Notes under the pieces: generated by a model
The model's input: only the letters and a program-made list of their open reading frames with translations
Database searches by the model: none
Told to the model about the DNA's origin: nothing
Assembly: GCF_009914755.1 (NCBI RefSeq)
Contig: NC_060930.1
Source: the human T2T-CHM13v2.0 reference genome, Homo sapiens
Length of the DNA: 64,000 nt
Direction: 5' to 3' (one strand)
In this document: positions 14,902 through 27,679 of the stretch, one piece after another
How positions within the stretch are numbered: position 1 is the stretch's first letter
Layout of the letters: the number at the start of each line of letters is the position of its first letter
Position numbers and translations under genes: made by a program

Positions 14902-16314
14902 CTGGAATAAAGTGAAGGGATGTTAGTTTTCAAAAAGGCTAATGGTCTTCAGTGTAGCAAGCTGAGAGTTTCTGCCGAAACCAGACTTCCTTTAAAATGA
15001 GGAAGGTGCATTTTCACAAGTAATATTGTGAAATGCTCATTCAGACACTTCCAGTGGCAACTGACACAGAGTGAGACTGGTTAACCACAAGGTCTTGAGG
15101 AGCTAAGAAACTGGCCTTTGTAATTGGGACACCAATAACACAGCCCTTTATTATTTATACAGAGCTTAAATTATGAAGCCAATCTGCATTAAACACCATA
15201 GTTTGCCTTTATGTTTAGAAAATAGTTTTGTTGAGTAATCATTTAGTCATGTAGAATTTCTTTCTGTTTCTAACACGACTAGACTGGTTTTCTTGCCTTA
15301 AAACAAAGACGGAAACAAAACTATAATTACCAAACGAAGATGACACATTTTTACAACATTCTGAGAAAGCTTTATGAAGACTAAATCAGTTTCTAAGGGC
15401 ATGTTCATATAAGGCGGCACTTAAATCGCAACATTGTTTCTAATGATAAGAAATTAGACTTCTTAAAGTCTCACTTTTTCAAAAACGAAATGGTGATTAT
15501 TTTCATTTCTCAGAAGAAGGAATTGTTATAAAAATGCCTTATGTCTAGGTAGAAACTCATTGTGATAATCTTAGAATTTTCATTTTGGGACAGACATTTT
15601 AATGTCTTCAATTCTATACATATGTCATTGAAAGTATTTAGCCATGTGGGACAATTATAACATTTAGATAAACTTTCATAGGATGTGACAACCATGCTGA
15701 CATTTCAAAGCTTGGGTTTTAGAATTCTCTAGTCACTAACAGATCACACTTTCCATTGCATATGTTATTATTTTTACTCTCACTGGAATGTGTTATTATA
15801 TAGTTTTCATTTGGGTTAATTATAAGAAGATGAAATATGCTGTGAAGTTTTATGAACAAAACAACTGCCCCCCACCACACTGTCTGGCTGCATCCTGAGG
15901 GATGTTTTATGGGAGAACTGTTGCCTTGCATGACACCAGTCAGTGTAGCTTAAAGATAATCCCGAATTTCTACACTTTGCTGGTGAGCCTGTGTTAAAGT
16001 TCTCAGGTCTGATTTTATCTCATACCTTTTTGAACATCTTACATTTTCAGACTTCCCTACCTCTTGGGATTTGTGAGGATTGAAGTTCGCTTTCTACTTT
16101 TTGAAGAAATATTTCATTTGGCTAAAATTAAAATTCAAAAGTCCAGGGCACCCTCTGGTTTTTGTTCTGGGAGTGGACGAGCAATTCCACTCGGATTCCC
16201 TAAACATCACAATTCTCATGGAACAGGGATCATGAAGCATTTAGAAAGCTGTGTAAAGAATCAAAAGACGGAGGTGATGTGGCCTGGCAATGACCGATGA
16301 CTTTGATGACTTAC

Positions 16315-16424
16315 TGTTTCAGGGCCTCGATTCTGTCCTCCTCGTCCTGCATCTCCAGAGCACCCATCCACTCCTCAAAGAGGTCGCTTGAAAGTAGCTT
16401 CCGGGGGATACTTCTGAGGAAGTC
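16315..16424 (-). CDS. TAGAP: TAGAP exon 7 (DFLRSIPRKLL...EALKQ)
   Basis: Acceptor ctcatcccccAG|GAC; donor ACA|GTAAGT; 110 nt; RhoGAP K-x-F-L-R-x-I-P signature. Confidence 0.96.
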
Positions 16425-16945
16425 CTGGGGGATGAGAGTGGGCTGTTGGCCTATTGGTACTGTATGATGTCCCATGTCCTTGTTTTCACCCGGTTTTCGT
16501 TCCATCGCAGGGTGCTCTATGCTTAGCCCATCATAGATTGTGGCCCTTCATTCCTGCATTTGATGAATCCAGGGAACCCTCTCTCCAACACCCTTGGCCT
16601 CTCTGCAACTTTCTAACATCAGGCAGAGTCAGAGGCACCATCCCCAGGTGGGTGTGTTCTGAGGGGCCACTGGATTTTGACGTATGGATTCTGCCACGGA
16701 ACAATCAAATTGCCCGTACTTGGCAAAGTTTTGGGAGAGCAGAATGCATCACTTTCTGTTGGAATCTGAGGTCACAGAAACAGAGGTGCTTACTAAATAA
16801 ATAAATAAAGGGCTTAATGAAAAAAATTAAACTCCAAGATCAGTGTACCTTGCTGTGTGGGGAGAAGAGCCTATTTCTTGCATCCTGAGAATGAGTGTGT
16901 CAGGGCCCCTTGGCAGGTTATTTGGCGCAAGTGTGTTGAACTCAC

Positions 16946-17107
16946 CTTAAAGACCACAGCGAGGAGGTGCACGGGGAGCCTCTCCAGATCCACCGCATCC
17001 CCAGAGTTGAGCTCCTCCTTCAGCTCCTTACGGGCTTTCTCGTTGGCTGCTCTCCTGAATATCCCTTCCGTTGAAGGGCCTTTAAGGCATAGAATAGTGA
17101 GAATGTC
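16946..17107 (-). CDS. TAGAP: TAGAP exon 6 (DILTILCLKGPSTEGIFRR...VVFK), carries the arginine finger
   Basis: Acceptor tttcctttAG|GAC; donor AAG|GTGAGT; 162 nt. The EGIFR motif has the catalytic Arg codon at 17054-17056. Confidence 0.96.
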
Positions 17108-17669
17108 CTAAAGGAAACAGCAATAGGAACAGGAAAGGGTTACCCTTCTTCTTTAGTATACTGAGATAGTCTTAACAGGAATATTGATGTCAGATTTTGC
17201 TTTCAGTCCAGTTGCTGTCAATGGCCTTCCTCAACCCTGCTATTTTTCTAAGAGGAGGCAAATTGTGAAAGCTCTAATTTTGCACTTTCTAAAATCACTT
17301 TGGAGCTCTCTCCTTTCAAATACTTCCATATGAACATTGGATTTCAGATCACAAAGTCTATATTCTGTTTCCCCCTTTTGACTTTTCAGAAGCTACAAAT
17401 CTTCAGCATTCTCCACTCTGTGAAGTCAGAGGAATGGCGGGACCATAGCTCTGAGCTCATTGGCAAATACAACTAATTTCAATTTCTGGAATGGAAGCAG
17501 TCAGATATTCTTCTGACTGCACGCGTATGTGGGAGTGCCATGTTGAAGAGTGGAAAATATGGAAGATCAGTCCCTACAAACTTAATAGGAGAATGACATT
17601 CAGATTTCCCGAGTATTTTGCATGTCCAACTGAAAACTGAAGTAGGTTTATGAGAGAATGCACGCCTAC

Positions 17670-17836
17670 CTGGATGGGTCTGGGGAGTGTGTCACTGTCA
17701 CCGCAGATAATTGACAAGGGCTGATCAAATAGCGATGCTTTCAAGTCTGTCTCCAAAGCCCCAGAAAAATCTGATGCAGGGGAGAGCCTTCTCATGAGAA
17801 AGGGCCAGGACAGCACCTTCTTTCTCTTCTTAACTT
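17670..17836 (-). CDS. TAGAP: TAGAP exon 5 (EVKKRKKVLSW...PRPIQ), start of RhoGAP domain
   Basis: Acceptor ttcttggctgtAG|AAG; donor CAG|GTAGGC; 167 nt; overlaps ORF 17574..17846. Confidence 0.95.
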
Positions 17837-19180
17837 CTACAGCCAAGAAAACAAGGCAACGAGAAAAATTAGACTACAGTGTTAAGAAGCAAAGATCCAG
17901 GTAAGAAAATGGGTATCGTTGGCCGCATAATGTGGTCAATAGTATGCGATGTGAGAAAAATAATTTTGAAAACTTGAGAAAGCAAAGGGCGTGAATCTTA
18001 ATCTAGAAAAACCAACCGATAAACAACCACACTGTTACCAGGGCAACCAGTTCCCTAAACAGCAACACCAGAGTTCCTCAAGGCCTCCACCTTTCCTGTT
18101 TTCACTCTTTCCAGCTGTTTGCTACAGAAAATTAGCAAAACCTAACTGTGCTGATCATAAACAACCATCTTAACCTACTGGCCTGAATAACTATAGAGGA
18201 AATTTCTGATATGAAATAGATTATTTTGATTTCCTCCTTTAACTGGCGAAGAAAACGAAACTTAAAAGGTGAGGAAGTGACTTGCTGAATATCTTTTCGA
18301 AGGCACATAGCAGGGCTGGCTCCAACCCTTTGCAGCCACGCAGGCACTAAACAGCCACTAGAGGGAGCTAACACCATTTTTCCTTCCAGGTGACTGGTCA
18401 CCTTGGGTTTTCCAGGTTGCTGCTTTAGGACAGAGGCAAATACGAATCGCTGCGGGAAGCCTTGAACCTAGATCTGGCAACTGGGAATTATCAGCAAAAC
18501 GTTATCAAGATATTCTGTCCTTCTGAAATCCACAAGATGTGTGTGCAATGGATATTGCAATCTCAAACATTTCCTTCTTTCTTTTCTTTTCCTTCCTTCC
18601 TTCCTTCTCCTTTCTTACTAATTATAAAGGCTATATTTTCTAAATGCATTGGCATCTGTTTCTATACATTTCAGATTGGCAAGTGGAAGCATGATGAGAA
18701 AGAAGTGGCCTGTCTTTATGGTTCAGGAGAACTGGGTCAGGGTTACGCTATAATGAAATGCATTATGAAAAAAGTTGAGAGTGAATGGTGGGTCCTTTGG
18801 GATTTGAGATCAGCAACAGTTGCTTCATAGGCTCTTGGATGCATTCTCCATAAGAGAAGGAAGAAAATGGAAAAGACACTGTGTGTTTTTCAAATGTGTG
18901 CATGCTAATTGTCGAAACATACATGGCCAGGAGATTGAACCGCATTAAAAACGCTTGGCAGAACTGGGGATTCTCTATGGAGAGGCTCTTTCCTTTCCCA
19001 GCACTCCCTGCTCTAGTGAGTTGGAGCATACCTGCCATTTAAGGGTTAATGTTCTGCGGTCTTTAACAGAACAACTTATACAAAAAAATTCCTAGTAGAG
19101 TAAAAGCGCTGTGGTTTTGCAAACCAAGAGCACTGGTTGTTAGCACTTACATAAAAGATCGGTATGTTTTTAAAACTCAC

Positions 19181-19247
19181 CAATGAGCTGGCAAATACTG
19201 TCTTCACTCTCACATGATGCCAACAGGGGATGTTCCTTGATATCACC
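19181..19247 (-). CDS. TAGAP: TAGAP exon 4 (GDIKEHPLLASCESEDSICQLI)
   Basis: Acceptor tgtttttAG|GGT; donor TTG|GTGAGT; 67 nt. Confidence 0.95.
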
Positions 19248-19569
19248 CTAAAAACATTTTTATTTCAGTTAAATATAGTGACTGAAGAAACCTATCGAGT
19301 CTTTCCCCACAAAACACACATACAGCATTTTATTCATATTAAAAATGAAGTCAGTAGAGTGCATTGATGTTTTTTCTAGCTTCTAGAAGCAATATTAAGG
19401 TCTTGATTGTCATCATATAAGATCCTAATTAATGTGCTTAATTTACTACATGTGTGATGTTAGTTTACTACTCTTATAATTACTATTCAACCCAAATAAT
19501 ATTCAATTAAAACAAAGTTTTCCACCTTCTCACAGTACAGATAAAAAGTCTTAAAAATTGCTTTCTTAC

Positions 19570-19623
19570 CTCTGATTGACATTCGATTAGTGTCTCCATA
19601 TTATTGGCGTTTAGTGTTTTTGA
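19570..19623 (-). CDS. TAGAP: TAGAP exon 3 (SKTLNANNMETLIECQSE)
   Basis: Acceptor ttttctcttttAG|TCA; donor GAG|GTAAGA; 54 nt, in frame. Confidence 0.95.
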
Positions 19624-19711
19624 CTAAAAGAGAAAAAATAAAATTAGGTAAATATCTTTTGGCCCTTGCCTGTAGGAAACGTGAATGAATGAATGTGAGA
19701 GGGGCACTCAC

Positions 19712-19738
19712 AGCATTGTGGCTGCTTCTCAGCTTCAT
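19712..19738 (-). CDS. TAGAP: TAGAP coding exon 2 (MKLRSSHNA)
   Basis: ATG at 19738-19736; donor GCT|GTGAGT at 19712/19711; 27 nt. Confidence 0.93.
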
Positions 19739-19796
19739 CAGTATTGCGGCTGACTGTCCAGGGGTGGATTTCACTCCCGTGTGGCTGTGCCTCTGT
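19739..19796 (-). other. TAGAP: TAGAP exon 2, 5' UTR part
   Basis: Acceptor ttccatgtgattcgttgtAG|ACAGAG at 19797/19796. Confidence 0.7.
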
Positions 19797-20470
19797 CTAC
19801 AACGAATCACATGGAAAGGAGTTAGGAGGGACTCACACAGTAGGCCACTTTCAGCGCCACTTTGCCAAAGCACAGAGTTTGAAACTATTTATTTATTTTT
19901 CTCTTTTGCTATTTTTTCACTTGCCTTTACTTTGGAAAAAACTATTACATAGACAAGTTTTCATTTAAAATCAGTTCTGTTACCAGATGTTGTATGTTGT
20001 TAAGAGCAGCATCTGAACACAATTATTTCTAAATTATTTAAGTCAACTATCTTTACCACTCTAAACGTTGTTACCAATTTATTCCGTTCCATCAAGAGAT
20101 AATCTGGATATCAATTACGTTAACATTTTAAATTAACATGAACATTAACTTTTTTGGTGGAGTGCTGACTATATGCCAGCTGTCGTAGTAGGTGCTTTGC
20201 ATGGATTTTCTCATCTAATCCAAAAAGGAAAAAAAAAAAAACATATCCCTAGGATGCTAAAATAGTAAACATGAAACAAAGATAACATTTACAGAACTCC
20301 TACACCAAAAAGGTGCAGCCTTCACGTTGAAGCAAAGCTTTGTCCTGAGACTTTATAAAGTGAGAGCATATTCCACGGGATAGCTGTTTTCTGTTGCCTG
20401 TGATCTGAGTGACCTGTGACTTGCGAGGCAGCTTGTAATTTCTAGGCATGTTAATATATAGTGTACTTAC

Positions 20471-20590
20471 CCTTGGAGGGTCTCTAGCCAGAGTTCTTTT
20501 ACATCCGGTGAGCTGTAAAGAATGGGAGAAACAGCACAACTCTCTGCTCCTTCTAGTCCACTGGGAGAGAGAGAGACCGAGCCGGTCTCC
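20471..20590 (-). other. TAGAP: TAGAP exon 1 (5' UTR); TSS approximate, may extend to ~20740
   Basis: Donor AGG|GTAAGT at 20471/20470; TATA-like and GC boxes lie just upstream. Confidence 0.7.
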
Positions 20591-20599
20591 CTTCACATG

Positions 20600-20665
20600 C
20601 TCTGCATTATAAGCGAAGGGGCGGGCAGGTGGAAATTCAGAATATTACAGAGACCGGAAAGAACA
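20600..20665 (-). promoter_or_regulatory. TAGAP core/proximal promoter
   Basis: TATAAT (20606-20611, minus), GC box GGGGCGGG (20618-20625), E-box CAGGTG, TGGAAATTC (NFAT/kB-like) and ETS-like CCGGAA, all just upstream of exon 1. Confidence 0.6.
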
Positions 20666-20742
20666 TCATGGGCTGTCACACGGACGGAGCCAGCCAGACA
20701 CTGGAGAGCTCTCGCTTCCTCATTCCTTTTAGGGCAGCTATG

Positions 20743-20744
<2 letters not shown>

Positions 20745-20785
<41 letters not shown>
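20745..20785. repeat. Poly(T)41 homopolymer in the TAGAP promoter
   Basis: Uninterrupted T run counted directly. Confidence 0.95.
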
Positions 20786-20786
<1 letters not shown>

Positions 20787-21384
20787 TGTCTTCCACTTCA
20801 AAGTAAAAAATCTGTAAACTACTAGGAGTGGAAAACATGACATTCAGCCCATAGGTGAAGGCTCTGATTAATGTCATAGGTGGGATGTGTGAACAAGAAA
20901 TTGTGTTATTCTGTGCATAAACATCACTTTATTTTCTAAAGTGGTAATTTCAAGTGCCTCTTTTTGCATCCTGTTTGGGTGCTCTTTCCCCTCCCACGTG
21001 CCATCTGCTCTGTCCACCAGCACCACACGTTGATTAGCACCCCTGGATGTGGGACACTGTTACAGAACCAGAAAGAAACCCAAGACAGTCCCTTCCTTGA
21101 GGAACAATCACCGTCCAAAGCCAGGTTAGTTTCCTTTGGAAGTAGAAAGAAAACTCCCTCGAGTCAGTTGTCAATATAGTAACCCCCTCCTCCTTTCTGT
21201 AACTCCTGGTCAAAAGTATTGATACTTAATTTACAGTCAGAGCAGCTGTCGTTCTGACACGGAAGGAAAACAAACAAAAAAATTCCTTTGATCAGACCAA
21301 CTTAAAGTAGGAAAGAGATGGTGAATTTCATTTGTGGATCACTCTTCTGCATAAGAGAATTTCTGATCTTTTCTGTAGATCAAG

Positions 21385-21775
21385 GGCTATATATGAAACC
21401 ACTCAAATGCCTCGACACGAGAATGGATGCATAAATTGTGATCCATTCACATAGGGAATGAATGTTGTATAGCACTGATAATGAACAGCCTATGACTATA
21501 GCCAACAATATGGTTGGATCTCATAATATGACGCTGAGCAAAAGAAGCCAGACGTGAAAGTGTATATCCTGCCGGCTCCCATTAATGCAAAGCACAAAAT
21601 TAGCAAAAGTCGTCTGTGCTGTTGGAAGCAAGAGTAGCAGTTTCCCAGAGGGGATGGTAATGACTTCCAGGGGCCAGCGGGGGGCTTGGTGATGGTCCAT
21701 TCTTGATCTGGGTGGTGCTAGGCTTATGTGCACACTTCCCTATTTATGTAATTTTTCAATAAAAAGTTTTAAAAT
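21385..21775 (+). mobile_element. Old L1M 3' fragment
   Basis: gaatggatgcataaattgtg...agccagac...tcaataaaaagttttaaaa. Confidence 0.65.
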
Positions 21776-22355
21776 AACTTGGCTTCATTTATCATCAGCA
21801 TCTTTAATTTTAAGACTTTTCCGCATTGTCAGTTCTTTTGTCATTTTACTGAAAGGAGGTGATTATGGGGCAGACTTTGGGAAACCGAAGCACAGAGAGG
21901 TCGAAATTTGCTCTGTAACTCAGCGGCTCGGTGGGGACCTAGGGACAGATCCTGGTTTTCAGGCTTCCAGCTGGGGGCTCCCTCTCTGAAAGCCACCACA
22001 GTGCCAGAGTTCACCCAGTGTTCCCAGGGCAGCTGTAGAGGCCACCACTCTTTCAGCATCCCTCTCCTGCCTTTATAAACCTCCAAAGTGAACTCACTGA
22101 TTTTTTTAATTGAAAAAGGGCATTTACGCTGTGCCCAGCCTAGTGCTAGGCATATAGTAGGTACTAAATAACTAATTTCTGAATATATACATTTCCTTAT
22201 AAAATAGCCAAAATAGAATATTACTATAATGTTCTATATATCATAGAATATATATGTGATGTATATTCATTGCTAGTATGTATTTTCTAAACTTTTTTTT
22301 TTCCCGACAAACGGACTTTTCAAATTTTTGTAAGAAACTTAATGTACTTACTGTT

Positions 22356-22657
<302 letters not shown>

Positions 22658-25494
22658 CTCAGCATCTTTTAAAAATACATAACATGAATGGTTTGATGAC
22701 CTGCAGAAATGGTTACATCGACGGACTTTTCTTTTTCTTCTGGGACCTACCATGCCTAGTTAAGCACCCAGGGAACTATCTAGGATGAAAAGTTAGTAGC
22801 AAATACGGCAACAGAATTAGGGCCCCTCCATTTTTTGAAACAGAAATATGTTTTGGCTCTTCTTATTGACACAACTGATGGTGGGAAAGCCCAGAGGGAG
22901 GTGCCATCCTTTGGGGTCCCTGGGAGATTTTGACAGTCAACATCTAATGAATAGGTACATTTTGTGACTGAAGGAAAGCCACCATTGTTGGCTGGTGCTG
23001 CTGGGGGACTGAGGAGACGTTCTCCTTTATGACTGGCCCCGCCTGCATATGGCGCCTACTGTGGAAAGAGAAAGAGTTGTGAAGGGCAGGTGCTGCACCC
23101 TCAACTCTGAAAATCTCACAGTAATTTTGATCACAGTTTTCCGAGCACTAGGAGAAACATTTATAAATAAAGTGTAAAATTTGGAAGCAGTCATGCCAAA
23201 AGTTAGAAAAAAAGATGGAAATGTCAGATTCACTTTTTCCATATTCTTGTCTCCCACACATCTCTTTGAAAAGCAAGCTCTCATCGTCCTGCATAGTAAG
23301 AGTCTTCAGAACGTGGAAAGGAACTTCAGTGGCTTTTGCTGGGTTGGGCTGAAGGAAACCCCGGTGAAACCCACACCTGTAAAGATGCTTCTCACAGTGG
23401 GACTTTTATCGCTTGGGTCCTGGTCACAATCAATTTTTCTGCAAATAATTGGCTTTGCTTTTCTTGTGGTGAGTCTCTAAGGACAGTGAGTTCCGTTCTG
23501 GGGACTGTGAGTTCTATGCTGTGTACATGTGTGCTTTGGAGGGTGACTGGAAGCACCATCGTTCCTTCCCATACTTTCAGGCTCAGTTACCGCTTCAGTC
23601 TGGACTGTTGTGAACGAGAATATGGAAGTCATTTTCCCCACATTGTTTACCCAGCTTGCCTGGGAAACACCAACTGGAGGATTAGAGTCCGGCTCTTCAG
23701 TTTGAACTCACTTTCCCTTTCTCTTCCTGGGACCACCCAGTGATTCAGAGCCCTGCATTCTGTAATGAGATTAATGTCAACAGTTTCCTGCATTGAAGAT
23801 TATTTTCCCAAAGAGTTCATGATTTCCTTCAGGACTTCTCCATCACCCCAGTGTCTGGCTACCTAATGACTGATTAACAGGTTGATTTTCTAGAAAACTC
23901 AAATTACAATTTCTTTTTTTTAAAAAAGGGCAATCCAGCCTTTTCTCTGATTATCCGTCCTCCCCATCTCCCACTTGTCCTATGTTTTAGCCACACAGGC
24001 TGTTGTCATCCCCTAAAAGTGTGCTTCTGAGTCTCCAGGCCTTTGATAAATTGTTCCCTCCTCCTGAAATGCCATTCACGCCATCTGCCTTTTGGAATTC
24101 TGCCCTTCCCTCGGAATCTAGCCCAAGTCCTATCTCCTCTAGGAAGGGACTTTTCTAGATTGAATTAAATTTCCTTCCCTGGCCCTGCATAGTGGCCGCA
24201 CCCAGTAGACTGTGAGTCTACTTTTTTCATCTTTTATTCTTACAAGTGCCTGGCCTCATATTTTGCACACAGTAGGCATTTGCTATACTTTAATTACTAG
24301 TAAAATTGAGTGATAAAATAAAACATTTAAATCTCACCATACGTTTGCTGGTATTGCAATTTGTTACTCAGACTTTTTGTCACTTAGCCTTTGACTGTTT
24401 CGTTTCATGGAGAAAGACTACCTCTTTGTCACGCTGTAACAGAGACCATCGTTGCAGAATTTGATTGAGCTGGAGACAGCCTCTCCTTGCACACACCGCG
24501 GGCTTATGTCGATACCAATGTTGTGGGATTAGACACATGGACTCTCTAGCTCTGTGGTGAGGAAGGAGGCCTCGCCTTAGGTGGACTTGAGTGTCAGCTT
24601 CTGTCAGTGAATCTGTCAGGAGGGCATGACCACACCTGTCCAGCCTCTCACCTCCCACCCTCCAAGGACCAAAGCCTTACCAGTGTTCTCACCTTAGACT
24701 CCCTAGTTCTGTGTGCTCTGGGAGGTGTGGACGTCCCCAGAGCCATGCTCCTCACTGTCTGGTGGCAGAGGAGGACTTAGCATAAAGGACTCCGGGGGCT
24801 GGGAAGTTGTTGCTCACTTTGAATGACGGTCTTGGATTCACTAATCTGCAAAGTACCCAACCTGCAGAATCTTTTATGCGGTGACTTTGGTTATAGCGAA
24901 TTAGCAATAAAACTCCTTGCCTGCCTCTCCTCTAAGAAACTTCTAGGAAAGTCTGTGGGTGGGGAAGATATGCCTGGAAGAGACATTCTCACCTCTCTGC
25001 AGGCCCCGGGCTCACAGATGCAGGCAAGGACTCAGTCTCGGCTACGGTAAATACAGTTCAGTCCTTTAAGGTCATTTTTTAATTTTTGTTTTTTTTCCTG
25101 GCAGGAGAAGGGCTGCCTTCCAGGGATCTTCTCAGAGGTTTGCTGGGACCCTGGCATCCCTGAAATAATGTCAAGCATCATTTCATCTTGCAAAATAATT
25201 TGCTGTCTCCACAAATGGCTGCATTTCTGCAGTAGTGGAAGCAGACATTTCAAATTTGCCCCCTCAGATATTTGCAATTATGAATTTATCTTTGTGTTGG
25301 AATACAAAATAGGCTCAGCATAAAATAATATTTGAAGAACGCTGTGTTTTCAAAAGCTGGCTTGAAAACTAAGAAAGGCTCAAACAAAATGTTCTTTTTA
25401 AACTGGCTTCTCCACTTATTGTGATCAAGATGAAGAATTAAAAATAAGACATCCTGAGATTAGGTGATTAGAAGCTGTATGGCTGATGACACAA

Positions 25495-25675
25495 ACTGCT
25501 ATGGGACCCAGGCAGGGCCTCAGCTTAGCCGCGCTTATCACTGCTATGGGACCCAGGCAGGGCCTCACCTTAGCTGCGTTATCACTGCTATGGGACCCAG
25601 GCAGGGCTTCATCTTAGCTACATTATCAGTGCTGTAGGACCCAGGTAGGGCTTCAGCTTAGCTGTGTTTATCACT
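25495..25675. repeat. Minisatellite, 4 x 44-45 bp (actgctatgggacccaggcagggcctcagcttagccgcgcttatc)
   Basis: Units start at 25495, 25540, 25584 and 25628. Confidence 0.95.
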
Positions 25676-25693
25676 TTAAGAACTAAAGAATGT

Positions 25694-26102
<409 letters not shown>

Positions 26103-26991
26103 TTAACTACAATATGATTTGGTAGGTTATTTTTTTGAAGAAACAAAGAGAAAACTATGAAAGCTGAGGTTCTTTGTTAGCAGTCTACAAAATTCATGTG
26201 CAGCATTTGTAAAAATCTGAACCAAAAAAGTAGAAATGGTGGAAAAATGTTTAGTTTGCCCCATGCTTTTAAAATGCCTTTTAAAGATATATTTACTGTA
26301 GTTGACTTTGGTTTTTTTACTGAGCACTTTTTTTCATTTGTCATATGAAAAAAATTATCCAGGGCTTTTACCTCCCTGTGTAAATTTTAAAAAAGAAAAG
26401 TATTTGTTATTTTGAATGTGTGTGGTCCCCTTCTCAAATATGTGCCTTATTTGGTGTCTCCTAAGAAAATCTTTCAGTGATGCCCTCCCAAGCGGCCCCT
26501 GCTCCTCGGGGTTGGGGAGCGTGGCCACTAGGCACGCAGCTCCTGCCAGGGGAAGCAGTAAGGGGGTCTCCAACCTGAAGACAAACTCTCACCTGGCCGG
26601 AGCGGGCTTGCCAGTGCTCAGGGCACTGTGCTCATTGGTGGCTTCACATCTGATTTTCACCTTTTCACCCAGGTTCAGCTAGCAACCATTTAGCAAGTCC
26701 TAACCCTTTGTGGCTGGATCTGTGGAGTGCTTTCTTTTCCTGGCAATTGTAGCCTTCCTGATGGACTAGTCCAGACTGGTTCTGATTTAGACTCTAGGAC
26801 CAGTCCGGGGGAAGGGTTTAAAGCTAGTGTCATCTTCTGTGTGAAAAGACTTTGGGCAGAGGGACAAGGGAAAGCCACGTAATTTTTGCAAACCTGATGC
26901 TGCCTCCTGGGCTTTTCTTACAGAAAAAAGAATCATAAGATTTCTCCTTCTGTTTTTGGGTCATAAAACATTATGTAACACACTAGAAAGC

Positions 26992-26992
<1 letters not shown>

Positions 26993-27059
<67 letters not shown>

Positions 27060-27335
27060 AGATGGAGTCTCACTTTGTTGCCCATGCTGGAGTGCAGTGG
27101 TGTGATCTTGGCTCACTGCAACCTCTGCCTCCTGGTTCAAGCAATTCTCTGCCTTAGCCTCCCGAGTAGCTGGGATTACAGGCACCCGCCACCACACCCA
27201 GCTAATTTTTGTATTTTTAGTAGAGACGAGGTTTCACCATCTTGGCCAGGCTGGTCTTGAACTCCTGACCTCGTGATCCACCTGCTTCGGCCTCCCAAAG
27301 TGCTGAGATTATGGGCGTGAGCCACCGCGCCCAGC
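26993..27335 (-). mobile_element. AluS-like with (TA)n/(T)n tail
   Basis: (TA)n at ~26994-27025, then a T run and the reverse Alu dimer. Confidence 0.9.
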
Positions 27336-27485
27336 CATGATACATATTTAAAAAAATTTCCATATCTTTCCTAAGTTTGCATATGTTAACTGGAAAACTG
27401 AGCCCAGAAGCCCTTTCTCTGAGTTGTAGCCTTTGTGAGATCTTCCATAAATCTCAAACAGCAACCATTTCTCAAATGTGCAGTG

Positions 27486-27670
27486 CAGTGCTGCTCCAAG
27501 TTGATCGCGTATCAGAATCACCTGGAGGTTCATTCAAACCTAGACTGTGGCCTCCACCTTGGAGCGTCTGATTCGGCAGGTCTGGGGAGAGGCCTGAAAA
27601 TGTGCATTTGTAATGAGTACCCAGTGACGCTGATGCAGCTGGTCTGAGGGCCACACTCTGAAGGATGGCT
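27486..27670. mobile_element. MER5A-like hAT-Charlie element
   Basis: atcagaatcacctggag...ggtctggggagaggcctgaaaatgtgcattt...gccacactctga. Confidence 0.7.
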
Positions 27671-27679
27671 GTGGAAGCA

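Noticed and set aside
25495-25675. CRISPR-like array
   Set aside because: Units are head-to-tail with no unique spacers, there are no cas genes, and the context is mammalian.
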